Source: Bacteroidota bacterium
GTDB taxonomy: Bacteria; Bacteroidota; Ignavibacteria; UBA10030
Length of the DNA: 64,000 bases
Direction of reading: 5' to 3'
NCBI GenBank assembly: GCA_041695085.1
Contig: JBGFRO010000020.1
Location: 130,732-194,731 of the forward strand
The notes below the pieces were generated by a model. The model was not told the DNA's origin, ran no database searches, and saw only the letters and a program-made list of their open reading frames with translations. This document shows positions 9,812 to 18,994 of this stretch, one piece after another. A program made the position numbers and the translations under genes. Positions within the stretch are counted from its first letter, which is position 1. Every line of letters begins with the position of its first letter.

Positions 9812-10624
9812 ATGCGCGTCATCATCCAGCCGACCTACGAATCGGTGAGCAAGTGGACGGCGAATTACGTTGCAAAAAAGATTCGTGACTACAATCCCAC
9901 TCCCAAGAAGCCGTTTGTCTTGGGGCTGCCAACCGGTTCCTCGCCGCTCGGCACCTACAAAGAGCTTATTCAAATGTGTAAGAAAGGAATCGTGTCGTTC
10001 AAGAACGTGATCACCTTCAACATGGACGAATATGTCGGACTGCCGGAGGATCATCCGGAGAGCTACCATTCGTTTATGTGGAACAACTTCTTCAAGCATG
10101 TGGACATCAAAAAAGAGAACGTGAACATCCTCAATGGCAACGCAAAGGATCTGCAGAAGGAATGTGACGAGTATGAAAAGAAGATCAAACGTGTCGGGGG
10201 GATCCACCTCTTTCTCGGGGGCATCGGTCCGGATGGCCACATCGCGTTCAACGAGCCGGGCTCATCGCTCTCCTCGCGCACGCGCATCAAGACGCTCACG
10301 TACGACACGATTCTCGCGAATGCTCGTTTCTTCGATAACGATGTGACCAAAGTTCCGAAGACAGCTCTCACAGTGGGCGTGGCAACGGTGCTTGATGCGG
10401 AGGAGGTGTTGATTATTATTAGCGGCTATAACAAGGCGCGTGCCTTGGCGATGTGCGTAGAAGGAGGGGTGAATCATATGTGGACGGTGAGTGCGCTCCA
10501 GCTCCACCCGCACGGGATCATCGTCTGTGACGACGAATCGACGGCTGAATTGAAAGTGGGGACGGTCCGTTACTTCAAGGACATTGAGTCACCTCACCTT
10601 GATCCGGCAACGTTGCTGAAGTAA
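9812..10624 (+). CDS. nagB: glucosamine-6-phosphate deaminase/isomerase family protein
   Basis: 270 aa with NMDEYVGL and [16 protein letters not shown] motifs. RBS aaaaggag present. Confidence 0.85.
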   Translation: MRVIIQPTYESVSKWTANYVAKKIRDYNPTPKKPFVLGLPTGSSPLGTYKELIQMCKKGIVSFKNVITFNMDEYVGLPEDHPESYHSFMWNNFFKHVDIKKENVNILNGNAKDLQKECDEYEKKIKRVGGIHLFLGGIGPDGHIAFNEPGSSLSSRTRIKTLTYDTILANARFFDNDVTKVPKTALTVGVATVLDAEEVLIIISGYNKARALAMCVEGGVNHMWTVSALQLHPHGIIVCDDESTAELKVGTVRYFKDIESPHLDPATLLK

Positions 10625-10653
10625 GATGAGACGAGATCCAAACAACAGGAGTT

Positions 10654-10758
10654 TCAGTTCCTCCACAAATACTGCAGCTTCACAAAGAACTGTCGCTCGG
10701 TTTGTTGGATGCCGTACGGGTCGTCGAAGTTGTGCAGGTTATGCGTCGAGCCGGCGTA
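10654..10758. repeat. 105-bp direct repeat, copy A (duplicate of the 3' end of the DUF5916 gene)
   Basis: tcagttcctccacaaatactgcagcttcacaaagaactgtcgctcggt(t/c)tgttggatgccgtacgggtcgtcgaagttgtgcaggttatgcgtcgagccggcgta is identical to 12619-12723 except one base. Confidence 0.8.
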
Positions 10759-11006
10759 AAAAATGGTAAGGAGAAGCGCTTAAAGGCTCTAAAGACCTTC
10801 CACATCGAGCGGTCGCTGCGGTTCGAAACAACTTCGAGTTTCTTCTCAGCCAGGGTTTTGGAAATGCGAGACTGTTCACGAGGAAAGAAATAGAAGAATT
10901 TGTAAATGTTCTTACAGACTTACAACGAGAGATTGATAGTAAAAAGACGAACAGTCGAGCTCAAGGCAAGCAATGGCGCGCCGCATCGGCACAAGTTGCC
11001 AGTTGG

Positions 11007-11354
11007 GTGAGAGCATTGCAAAGAGCGGAAGGCAAAACACTAAAAGAGCTTATCGAAGGCTCGTCGTCAACTCCTGAGAATCAACACGTCATTTCAGAAA
11101 TTCGCCTGCAAAGTTACCCCAATCCGTTCAATCCAAGCACCACAATCCGGTACTCTCTGCGAACCGATGGATTTGTTACGCTGAAAGTTTATGATCTCTC
11201 TGGTAGAGTGGTTCGAACTCTGGTAAACAGAAATGAGGTTGCCGGGGATTACTCGGTCACACTTGATGGCACAAACCTCTCAAGCGGAGTTTATTTCGTG
11301 CGATTAGAAGTAGGAGAGCTTGTTCAGATGATCAAGATTTCGCTGCTTAAATGA
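11007..11354 (+). CDS. orphan T9SS C-terminal sorting domain (Por_Secre_tail) peptide, probably a gene remnant
   Basis: GTG-start 115-aa ORF. C-terminal ~80 aa is a typical T9SS type-A CTD (..QSYPNPFNPSTTIRYSL..VTLKVYDLSGRVVRTLVN..GVYFVRLEVGE..). No cargo domain is present. Confidence 0.45.
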   Translation: MRALQRAEGKTLKELIEGSSSTPENQHVISEIRLQSYPNPFNPSTTIRYSLRTDGFVTLKVYDLSGRVVRTLVNRNEVAGDYSVTLDGTNLSSGVYFVRLEVGELVQMIKISLLK

Positions 11355-12526
11355 GAGACGGTACTCAACAGCGCAATAGACTATTGGCGCAAGCGGCGCT
11401 TATTGTTTTGAGTGCCGCTTTGCTATATTCGTGTTCACTGCAGCAAGAAGAGAAGGTGAGAACAGACCCTTTTAGACTCGTAAAGGCAGTATCATCTCCG
11501 GGGAGGTACGCTTACCATGCATTTTACACCGGTGCGTTTGGAAATACCATTGAGGTTTTTGATCTGGAATCCAAAGAATCAATAGGCACAATCGTTCCAG
11601 ATGAACAAAAGAAGATAGGTGCTATTGCAATTTCTCCATCTGAGCCTCGCGGTATTTTGACTCTTTTTGAAGTTCCAGGGAACGTCTATAAGTTTGATTT
11701 ACGTAACCACTCCTGGGAAAGAACAACTCTTCTTGAAAGAGTTATGCTGGGCGTAAGCGTCTATGCCCCTCGTGAGGACATCGCTTGGATTAGCGTCGTG
11801 GGACACCCAGAGATCTTGGAATTGAATACGAGTTCTAATAGTGTTGTCGCAACCATAAATCTTGCAGCTCATTTTAAAAAGCCTCTTCCTCACGTCGCAT
11901 TGTCACCTGCCGGAGAATATCTGGCCGTTCTTGGCACTAGCCCGAGCGATACTAACTATTACGACAATGTTTCACTTGTTATTTTGGATACTCGAAGTCG
12001 GTCTCTTCAATCAGTTGTTTCACTTGACGCTGCCCCAGGTAACCCGGTGTTTACACCAGACGGTTCTCGATTGTGCATCCAAGATTTTTCAATGGAGGAC
12101 GTTTTGCTCATAGACATTCAAAACCGGAATTTAACTCGTATGCCGCTTGTGAGGAATTCTGTGATTACGAATAAACTTGTTATTCCTAGTTCTGCAGTAG
12201 ATCCAGTCCGAGGCATCCTGGTTGCGTCTCTGGCCGATCCTACTATAGAGTCATACGGCCCGTTAAACACACTTGCCGTATTTGATCTGAGCGAGAAAAA
12301 AATGAAGGCTGTGCATAGCATTGGCGTCAAAGTTTCACAACTTCAGTATCAAGCTGATGGCAAGGTTCTCTATGCGGTAACGCCTGATGGAATAGCCGCC
12401 TTGGACGGGGATACTTTTGCGATGTTGTACGAGATCAAAAGTAGTTTATTGAATAGCTCTCAGGGCGATAGGAGAGATCCGAGGAATTATATGCCCGGCA
12501 AGCTTGTAATACAAGAACTAAAATGA
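11351..12526 (+). CDS. beta-propeller (YVTN/PQQ-like repeat) lipoprotein, hypothetical
   Basis: 391 aa with lipoprotein signal (..ALLYSCS). Repeated blade-like segments (..LYAVTPDGIAALDG.., ..SPAGEYLAVLG..). Lower GC than flanks; overlaps the upstream ORF by 4 nt. Confidence 0.5.
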   Translation: MRDGTQQRNRLLAQAALIVLSAALLYSCSLQQEEKVRTDPFRLVKAVSSPGRYAYHAFYTGAFGNTIEVFDLESKESIGTIVPDEQKKIGAIAISPSEPRGILTLFEVPGNVYKFDLRNHSWERTTLLERVMLGVSVYAPREDIAWISVVGHPEILELNTSSNSVVATINLAAHFKKPLPHVALSPAGEYLAVLGTSPSDTNYYDNVSLVILDTRSRSLQSVVSLDAAPGNPVFTPDGSRLCIQDFSMEDVLLIDIQNRNLTRMPLVRNSVITNKLVIPSSAVDPVRGILVASLADPTIESYGPLNTLAVFDLSEKKMKAVHSIGVKVSQLQYQADGKVLYAVTPDGIAALDGDTFAMLYEIKSSLLNSSQGDRRDPRNYMPGKLVIQELK

Positions 12527-12618
12527 ACGTGGAGCAAATCCTTGCGGGTATTTTCTTGGTCACTTTTGGAGTTGTCCTCCTGCTTTGTCTTCAAAATGGA
12601 GAAGTCGGACTTCTCATC

Positions 12619-12723
12619 TCAGTTCCTCCACAAATACTGCAGCTTCACAAAGAACTGTCGCTCGGTCTGTTGGATGCCGTACGGGTCGTCGAAGTTGTGC
12701 AGGTTATGCGTCGAGCCGGCGTA
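12619..12723. repeat. 105-bp direct repeat, copy B (native 3' end of DUF5916 gene)
   Basis: Identical to 10654-10758 except one base. Starts exactly at the stop codon of the minus-strand gene 12619..14847. Confidence 0.8.
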
Positions 12724-14847
12724 GAAGATAGTAAAGGGATTCAGCTTGTAGCTGATGAGGGGATAGAGCTGGAACGATTTGCTGAACTTGTTGTATTCCG
12801 AAATCAGCCGGACAAAAAACTCAGGCGAGAACTGGTAGATACCGACCGCACGCGCGATGTAGCCGTCGAAGAACAACTCGCCCGTCTGAACACTGTGGAG
12901 TTGGGAGCGGCGGTAGGAGAGATCCACTTGTAGCTTGTCTGTCGGCCGAAGCGTCGTTGTCAGGCGCAGATTGTGCCCCTTCCCTGCACGCGGTGTCCCG
13001 CTGCGAAATATGTACCGCCCAATATCTCCATTCACAAACACCGAGACCTCGCCAATCGGTCGTGTGTTGAAATTAAAAAACATGTTGGGCAGGTTGGTGA
13101 ACTCCACGCCTCGGAACCGCTCGTTGTTCAACAAGAACCCCACGTTCACAGAGGTTTGCGCCTTCATGTTCAACCCGCTGCCGAGTAGAATCCAGCGCCT
13201 CTTTCGAATCCCCGAGTAGTTAAACCGGAGCCCTGCGTCGAAAAACACAAAGCCCACATCAACCACTTTGCCGTTCGGGTACCAGTTGTATGTCTGATTG
13301 AACGACACCTTGCGCGCATCGTTGCCCGTCACAAAACCGTTGTGCGCTTGGAACGTGGGGGAGAAATCCGCGTATTCAAGCGAAGCGTTATACTCCCGGC
13401 TGCGATAGGATATGTCCGCTTCCACAGCAGTGCCGGTATAGGTTTCTCCGTTGAAAGCCGCGTTGAAGGATGTGTTGCGAAACGGTCGACTACCAGAGAA
13501 GAGCGAAAGATTGTTCAGTTCCCGAGTGCGCGATGCCAGCAATTGACCGCGGAAGTAGTAATTTCCGGAGAAGAGATAATTCCAATCAACGCCGCCAACG
13601 TAGTTGTGTCCACCCGAGAGATTGCGGGTTGTAACGAGGCCGCCGAGGAACGACTCATTCCCAGCATCGTACCGCACGCGCGTGATGTTGGAAAACGAAC
13701 GGAGGTCGGAGTTGACGAACGAACTGCTCTCCTCACCCGGGACGATGAACGATGTGTTTCGGTCGGAGGCAGCGAGATACGCTGCAGACCACGAGCCTGA
13801 CTTGTGGATCAGTTTCGCCGCGCCGAGTGGATTGTTGATCATGCGGGAATAGAAGCCGTCGATGCGCGTGTCGAATAGGTCGGCCCCTTCTTGGAAAAAC
13901 GGCCGCCGCTCGGGGTAAAACAGCGCGAAGGTCGTGTTCACGTCGATCTGCGTTGCGTCGCTTTCGACCTGACTGAAATCGGGGTTCACAACTCCTTCGA
14001 TGGTCAGGTCCGATGACGGGGCGACTTTGAAGCCCGCTCCCACCCGACCACGGATATCGCCGTTTGTGAATCCGGCGGCGGGATTGTTCCGATTGTTCAG
14101 CGCACCGCTCTGCAGTCCAACAATGTACGGCAAAACCTCAACGGCTGTGGATGTTCGAATACCGCGCAGTCCTTCCAGCATGCCGCCCTGGCACAGGAAG
14201 CACGGATTGTTGCGGTCGAACGGCGTCCACGAAAAAATTATCCTGCTCGAACGAGGATAATTCCGTCCGATGAACATCACCCACGACTGCTCCTCCTGTT
14301 CAGGAAACCGTAAGCTCCGAAATGGAATGGCCATCTCCGCACTCCAGAGCGAATCGCCAATGAACGCCGCGGACTCCCAGATCGCATCCCAGCGGCTATC
14401 CTCGTTGTTGCCCGACCGAAGCAAATCGGCCTGGATGCCGTGCGGGTTGACGAAGAAGTTGAACGCACGCTGGTTCTCGGCGTACGTATCGAACATCACG
14501 ATGACAAAGTCATCGTCGAAAATCCTGTCGCGGTCGGTCACACGAGCACGCAGTTGCTTGATGTCGGTGTCATAACAAAGAAAGCCGACATAGATGTAGT
14601 CATCGTTGTAAAGGATCTTGGCAATCGTTCGCTGCCGTGCGGGGATGTTCTCGCCGGGTGTAACCTCGTACGCAATATCGATGGGAGGTGCAAGGTTCCA
14701 CCTCGGGTCGCTCAGGCGTCCGGTCAATTCAATCGGCCCGTCAATGCGCGTTGCCCGAACGCGGAAGTTCTGTTGATTAGGAGGAAGCTGGGCGAAAAGG
14801 ATACCACCGAGAACCGTCAAACACGTCGTCGTAGCAACAAGCCGCAT
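12619..14847 (-). CDS. DUF5916/CBM9-like domain outer-membrane protein, paralog 1
   Basis: 742 aa with signal peptide and an N-terminal CBM9-like region (..RIDGPIELTGRLSDPRW..YNDDYIYVGFLCYD..). Conserved FYPERRPFFQEG block is shared with ORFs 32319 and 42660. Long beta-rich C-terminal part. Confidence 0.7.
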   Translation of the reverse strand: MRLVATTTCLTVLGGILFAQLPPNQQNFRVRATRIDGPIELTGRLSDPRWNLAPPIDIAYEVTPGENIPARQRTIAKILYNDDYIYVGFLCYDTDIKQLRARVTDRDRIFDDDFVIVMFDTYAENQRAFNFFVNPHGIQADLLRSGNNEDSRWDAIWESAAFIGDSLWSAEMAIPFRSLRFPEQEEQSWVMFIGRNYPRSSRIIFSWTPFDRNNPCFLCQGGMLEGLRGIRTSTAVEVLPYIVGLQSGALNNRNNPAAGFTNGDIRGRVGAGFKVAPSSDLTIEGVVNPDFSQVESDATQIDVNTTFALFYPERRPFFQEGADLFDTRIDGFYSRMINNPLGAAKLIHKSGSWSAAYLAASDRNTSFIVPGEESSSFVNSDLRSFSNITRVRYDAGNESFLGGLVTTRNLSGGHNYVGGVDWNYLFSGNYYFRGQLLASRTRELNNLSLFSGSRPFRNTSFNAAFNGETYTGTAVEADISYRSREYNASLEYADFSPTFQAHNGFVTGNDARKVSFNQTYNWYPNGKVVDVGFVFFDAGLRFNYSGIRKRRWILLGSGLNMKAQTSVNVGFLLNNERFRGVEFTNLPNMFFNFNTRPIGEVSVFVNGDIGRYIFRSGTPRAGKGHNLRLTTTLRPTDKLQVDLSYRRSQLHSVQTGELFFDGYIARAVGIYQFSPEFFVRLISEYNKFSKSFQLYPLISYKLNPFTIFYAGSTHNLHNFDDPYGIQQTERQFFVKLQYLWRN

Positions 14848-14985
14848 GAAGTCACTCCTTTCGAGGGAACATCACACGGGGGTTATACTCGCGCTGTGGC
14901 AAAAAGGTTTCACTGTTGTGAGCTTGCTTTTGTGTACATGAGGGTAGATATTGATAAAAAAGTGAATCTACGAAAGGAGGTACCG

Positions 14986-17097
14986 ATGAAAGTCTGGAGA
15001 ATTCTTAGTGCTTGGTGCGTCACGGTGTGGCTATCCTTTGCGTTGCACGGCCAGTCGTTCACTCTCGAACAGATTATGAGCTCGCCGTTTCCCAGCGGTT
15101 TGTCCGCCGCGCCAATGGGCGGGAAGGTTGCGTGGGTACACAATGCTCAGGGTGTGCGCAACATCTGGGTGGCTGAATCGCCGGAGTACCGCGGCCGTCA
15201 ACTCACACAATACACTATTGATGATGGGCAGGACTTGAGTAGTCTTGAATGGTTGCCCGATGCAACAACCATCGTCTATGTGCGTGGTGGAGGTCCCAAC
15301 CGGCAGGGTGAGTTTCCCAACCCCACCAGCAATCCCGCAGGAGCCGAGCAGGCGATCTGGAGAATCTCCGTTGAAGGCGGCCCACCGATAAAGATCGGAC
15401 AGGGAAACAGTCCGGCAATTTCTCCGAAAGGCGATGCTGTCGCGTTTCTCCGGCGCGGTCAAATCTACTGGGCGCGTCTGGATACGGTGAAAGAACCGAC
15501 GCAATTAGTGCAGGCGCGTGGAAGCTCTGGCTCCCTTCGCTGGTCGCCCGACGGCTCGAAGCTCGCGTTCGTCAGCAGCAGAGGTGAGCACAGCTTCATC
15601 GGTGTTTATGACGTGGCTGCGAAGACCGTGCAGTTCTTTGAGCCGTCGGTTGATCGGGACAGCAATCCCGTCTGGTCGCCGGATGGCAGACGTGTGGCCT
15701 TCATCCGCACTCCATCAACGACGAGGGTAGGATTGTTTGGTCCTCAACGCAGCGGCACACCGTGGTCGATTCTTGTCGCCGATGTCGCGACCGGTCGAGG
15801 ACGAGTCGTCTGGCGCGCGCAGGAAGGCGCGGGAAGTGTCTTCCGCGGTGTCGTCGCCTCGAACCAGCTTCTCTGGTGTGCCGGGGATCTGCTTGTCTTT
15901 CCCTGGGAACGCAATGGCTGGACGCACCTCTACGCCGTCTCTGCACAGGGCAGCGAAGCGAAGTTATTGACGCCCGGTGAGTTCGAGGTGGAATATGTAA
16001 CACTCACGCCCGATAGGCGCGAGGTGGTTTTTAATTCTAACCAGGATGATATTGACCGGAGACACCTCTGGCGCGTGAACGTTGCTGGAGGACGCCCCGT
16101 ACAGGTGACGAAAGGCAAAGGCATTGAGTGGGATCCGGTGGTTACAAGCGACGGCAAAGCGATCGCCTTCTTCCGGTCGGACGCGCGCAAACCGGCGCAC
16201 GCGGCTATTCTCATTGGGTCTGGAGAACCGCGCGAGCTTGCGCCGGGGACGATTCCCCAAAATTTTCCATCGAATGCTCTCGTGGAACCTGAGCAAGTCA
16301 TCTACACCGCCGCCGACGGGATGAAGATTCCCGCACAGCTCTTCCTACCCCCGAGGGCGAGTCGAGGCGAAAAGCATCCCGCGGTCATTTTCATTCACGG
16401 TGGCTCCCGAAGGCAAATGCTGCTCGGCTGGCATTACCTCAGCTATTACCACAATACCTATGCGCTGAATCAGTATCTTGCAAGCCAGGGATACGTTGTA
16501 CTCTCGATTAACTTCCGCAGTGGTACAGGCTACGGGATGGAATTTCGCGAGGCGCTCAGGTATGGCGCGACGGGGGCAAGCGAATTTAACGATGTGCTCG
16601 GCGCGGGGCTTTACCTCAAGAATAGACCTGATGTCGATCCGGCGAAGATCGGCTTGTGGGGCGGCTCATACGGCGGCTATCTGACGGCGCTTGGTCTTGC
16701 GCGTGCGTCAGAGTTGTTCGCGGCGGGCGTGGACATCCACGGCGTGCACGATTGGAACGTCGGTATCCGTACATTCGTGCCGAGCTACAATCCACTCGAA
16801 GATCCGGAACGCGCGCGCATAGCCTTTGAGTCCTCCCCGATGGCCTCCGTCGATAGCTGGCGCTCGCCGGTGCTCGTCATTCACGGCGACGACGACCGTA
16901 ACGTTTCGTTCACCGAAACCGTTGCCTTAGTTGAGAAGCTCCGCCAGCGGGGCGTCGAGGTTGAACAGCTCGTGTTTCCCGATGAGGTGCATAGCTTCTT
17001 GCTGCACTCGAACTGGCTGAAGGCGTTTCACGCGACAGCAGATTTCTTGGAACGGAAGCTGAAGGGAAAACGGATGAGAGCGGGAGGTGAACAGTGA
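14986..17097 (+). CDS. S9 family peptidase (prolyl oligopeptidase/dipeptidyl-peptidase type) with N-terminal beta-propeller
   Basis: ATG at 14986 with RBS aaggagg. Signal peptide, TolB-like WD/propeller repeats, and a C-terminal alpha/beta hydrolase domain with GGSYGG nucleophile motif and HGDDD. Confidence 0.85.
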   Translation: MKVWRILSAWCVTVWLSFALHGQSFTLEQIMSSPFPSGLSAAPMGGKVAWVHNAQGVRNIWVAESPEYRGRQLTQYTIDDGQDLSSLEWLPDATTIVYVRGGGPNRQGEFPNPTSNPAGAEQAIWRISVEGGPPIKIGQGNSPAISPKGDAVAFLRRGQIYWARLDTVKEPTQLVQARGSSGSLRWSPDGSKLAFVSSRGEHSFIGVYDVAAKTVQFFEPSVDRDSNPVWSPDGRRVAFIRTPSTTRVGLFGPQRSGTPWSILVADVATGRGRVVWRAQEGAGSVFRGVVASNQLLWCAGDLLVFPWERNGWTHLYAVSAQGSEAKLLTPGEFEVEYVTLTPDRREVVFNSNQDDIDRRHLWRVNVAGGRPVQVTKGKGIEWDPVVTSDGKAIAFFRSDARKPAHAAILIGSGEPRELAPGTIPQNFPSNALVEPEQVIYTAADGMKIPAQLFLPPRASRGEKHPAVIFIHGGSRRQMLLGWHYLSYYHNTYALNQYLASQGYVVLSINFRSGTGYGMEFREALRYGATGASEFNDVLGAGLYLKNRPDVDPAKIGLWGGSYGGYLTALGLARASELFAAGVDIHGVHDWNVGIRTFVPSYNPLEDPERARIAFESSPMASVDSWRSPVLVIHGDDDRNVSFTETVALVEKLRQRGVEVEQLVFPDEVHSFLLHSNWLKAFHATADFLERKLKGKRMRAGGEQ

Positions 17098-17265
17098 AGG
17101 GGGAATGCATCTTTTTTTGGATACTCAATTTCCTGACCTATTCTTGATGACAGGTAACTGCCAATGAACTTGTCTACCGGAGAACGCTTTCCAACATAGG
17201 AATCGGTTCATTCGAAAGATAGATCAAACCGCAGGTTTGATAAAATTCTACTCAGTGAAAGGATG

Positions 17266-17284
17266 AACCACAGATTCACGGATT
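17266..17284. repeat. 19-bp inverted-repeat arm 1 in EPS operon leader
   Basis: aaccacagattcacggatt. Its reverse complement recurs at 17412-17430 (aatctgtgaatctgtggtt) with 1 mismatch. Confidence 0.6.
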
Positions 17285-17411
17285 AACATTCCTCAAAGGA
17301 TGACCCCTTTCCATGTTAATGATGATTCTCCAAGGTTCACCAGCAATCCCACCCTGCAGCCAGAGATTCTCAGGTATAGGGAAATTCCTTTTTATCCAAA
17401 TCTTCTTCTCC

Positions 17412-17430
17412 AATCTGTGAATCTGTGGTT
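17412..17430. repeat. 19-bp inverted-repeat arm 2 in EPS operon leader
   Basis: Partner of 17266-17284; separated by 127 bp and located about 50 bp upstream of ORF 17479. Confidence 0.6.
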
Positions 17431-17478
17431 AAACACTTATTGTAACTTGGTCTTGCGTTTGCTCGCTGAGTAATTACG

Positions 17479-18990
17479 ATGACAGTAACCAACTACCTTT
17501 TTCCAGATACCCGCTGTGCAATGGTGGCTGGCTTACTCGCCTGCCTGCTTCTTCCGATTTTCCATTCTTTTGCTCAAACCGATTTTCCCTCCCGCGCTGA
17601 AGAAATGATGAACAGGGGAGAGTTCCAGCCCGCGCGGCAGATTCTCGAGCAGCATCTCCAACGCTTCCCCAACGATGCGTCTGCTCATCGACTCTTGGGA
17701 AGGCTCCTCTATTGGCTGCACGATTTCGAGCGCTCTCGTTTTCACTACACTCGCGCGCTCGGTCTTGAAGCAGAAAATACTTCACTTCGGCTTGAGTACG
17801 GAAGGATGTTAGTAGAAACCAGAAATTGGAGCCTTGCGCGGGACATTCTGCAACCGCTCCGCACAAACGCTGACCACGCAGCGGAGGCCGAATATCTTCT
17901 CGGCCTGATCGAGTACTGGGACGGCGACTGGACGAGTGCTGTCGAGCATTTCGAAGCGACGCGTCGCGTTAGTCCCCAGCATGCCGACGCGCGTCGGCAT
18001 CTTCGGGATATCCGCATCACAGCGGCGCCTTCCATCTCCTTTTCCTCCGAGGTCCAATCCGACACACAGCCGCTCGACCGATTGGTACTAACCGGACGGG
18101 CCGTCTGGAACCGTACGCCATTGCAAGCCTTTACCGTGCATGCCGAGAGGCAGAATGTGCGAATCTCCACATCGACATCAAACATCTCCACGGTCATGAT
18201 TGGTTACTCCCAATATCACGCGTCGCTCAGGGTTGACACCGAGGCTGGAGCCGGCCTCCTTCAGCGGTCGTTCACTTCGAAGTCTACAGGAGTCTGGCGC
18301 GCGGCAGTGGGGCTTCGGCCTTCTGCATCATTGAAGCTTAGATTTCGCGGTGAACGCAACGGCTATGATTGGACGACTGCGAGTGTCGAGACGCCCGTGC
18401 ATACGACATCCTTTGGTGCGTTCGTTGACTGGAATTCACCCGGCGGATGGACGGGGCAGGCGGCGTACGAGTCGGTCAGGTTTTTTGACAAGAACACGAT
18501 GCAGCGGAGTTATCTCTGGCTTCTCGCGCCGGTATTGCGCGATGGAGAGACGCACTTGAGCATAGGCTATGGTTTTAGCCAGAGCGATACGAAGGAAAAT
18601 CGCTTCACATTAAAGCAGCAGAATGATCTCCGCTCAGGCGTCTATTCCCCGTATTACACACCGGAAGAACAATCCATCCACGATATTCTTGGATTCTTCA
18701 CAACGAAGCTCTCGTCGTCACTCAGCGTTCGGATCAATTTCTCCTACGCGCTCTATGCCGTTGAGCAAGCGCCGTATTTTTTTTATGGTAGAAGCGTGGA
18801 GGGGCCACCACCTGTTTTTAGGAGCTTCTCTCAACGTACATTTCGACCATGGAAAGCTAACGTTGCTTTGGCAGGATCGTTCAGCTCGTACGTCATATGG
18901 TCTCTTGAAGGAGCGTACTGGGCAACAGCATACTACGATTCGCGTCAACTGACGCTCAACATCTCCTACCGATTCATCCCTTCGGAGTAA
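17479..18990 (+). CDS. TPR-repeat plus C-terminal beta-barrel outer-membrane protein (PgaA/BcsC-like exopolysaccharide export porin candidate)
   Basis: Signal peptide and an N-terminal TPR-like helical region (..RLLGRLLYWLHDFERSRFHYTRALGLEAEN..). The C-terminal half has alternating-hydrophobic beta strands and ends ..ISYRFIPSE. First gene of an operon with a GT2 and a GH. Confidence 0.5.
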   Translation: MTVTNYLFPDTRCAMVAGLLACLLLPIFHSFAQTDFPSRAEEMMNRGEFQPARQILEQHLQRFPNDASAHRLLGRLLYWLHDFERSRFHYTRALGLEAENTSLRLEYGRMLVETRNWSLARDILQPLRTNADHAAEAEYLLGLIEYWDGDWTSAVEHFEATRRVSPQHADARRHLRDIRITAAPSISFSSEVQSDTQPLDRLVLTGRAVWNRTPLQAFTVHAERQNVRISTSTSNISTVMIGYSQYHASLRVDTEAGAGLLQRSFTSKSTGVWRAAVGLRPSASLKLRFRGERNGYDWTTASVETPVHTTSFGAFVDWNSPGGWTGQAAYESVRFFDKNTMQRSYLWLLAPVLRDGETHLSIGYGFSQSDTKENRFTLKQQNDLRSGVYSPYYTPEEQSIHDILGFFTTKLSSSLSVRINFSYALYAVEQAPYFFYGRSVEGPPPVFRSFSQRTFRPWKANVALAGSFSSYVIWSLEGAYWATAYYDSRQLTLNISYRFIPSE

Positions 18991-18994
18991 CCTC

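Noticed and set aside
12523-12933. 136-aa plus-strand ORF
   Set aside because: Overlaps the 3' end of the DUF5916 gene in antisense and consists largely of the 105-bp repeat translated in a non-native frame.
14440-14985. N-terminal 182-aa extension of the S9 peptidase ORF
   Set aside because: This stretch is antisense to the DUF5916 gene. A strong RBS (aaggagg) and signal peptide begin at the ATG at 14986.
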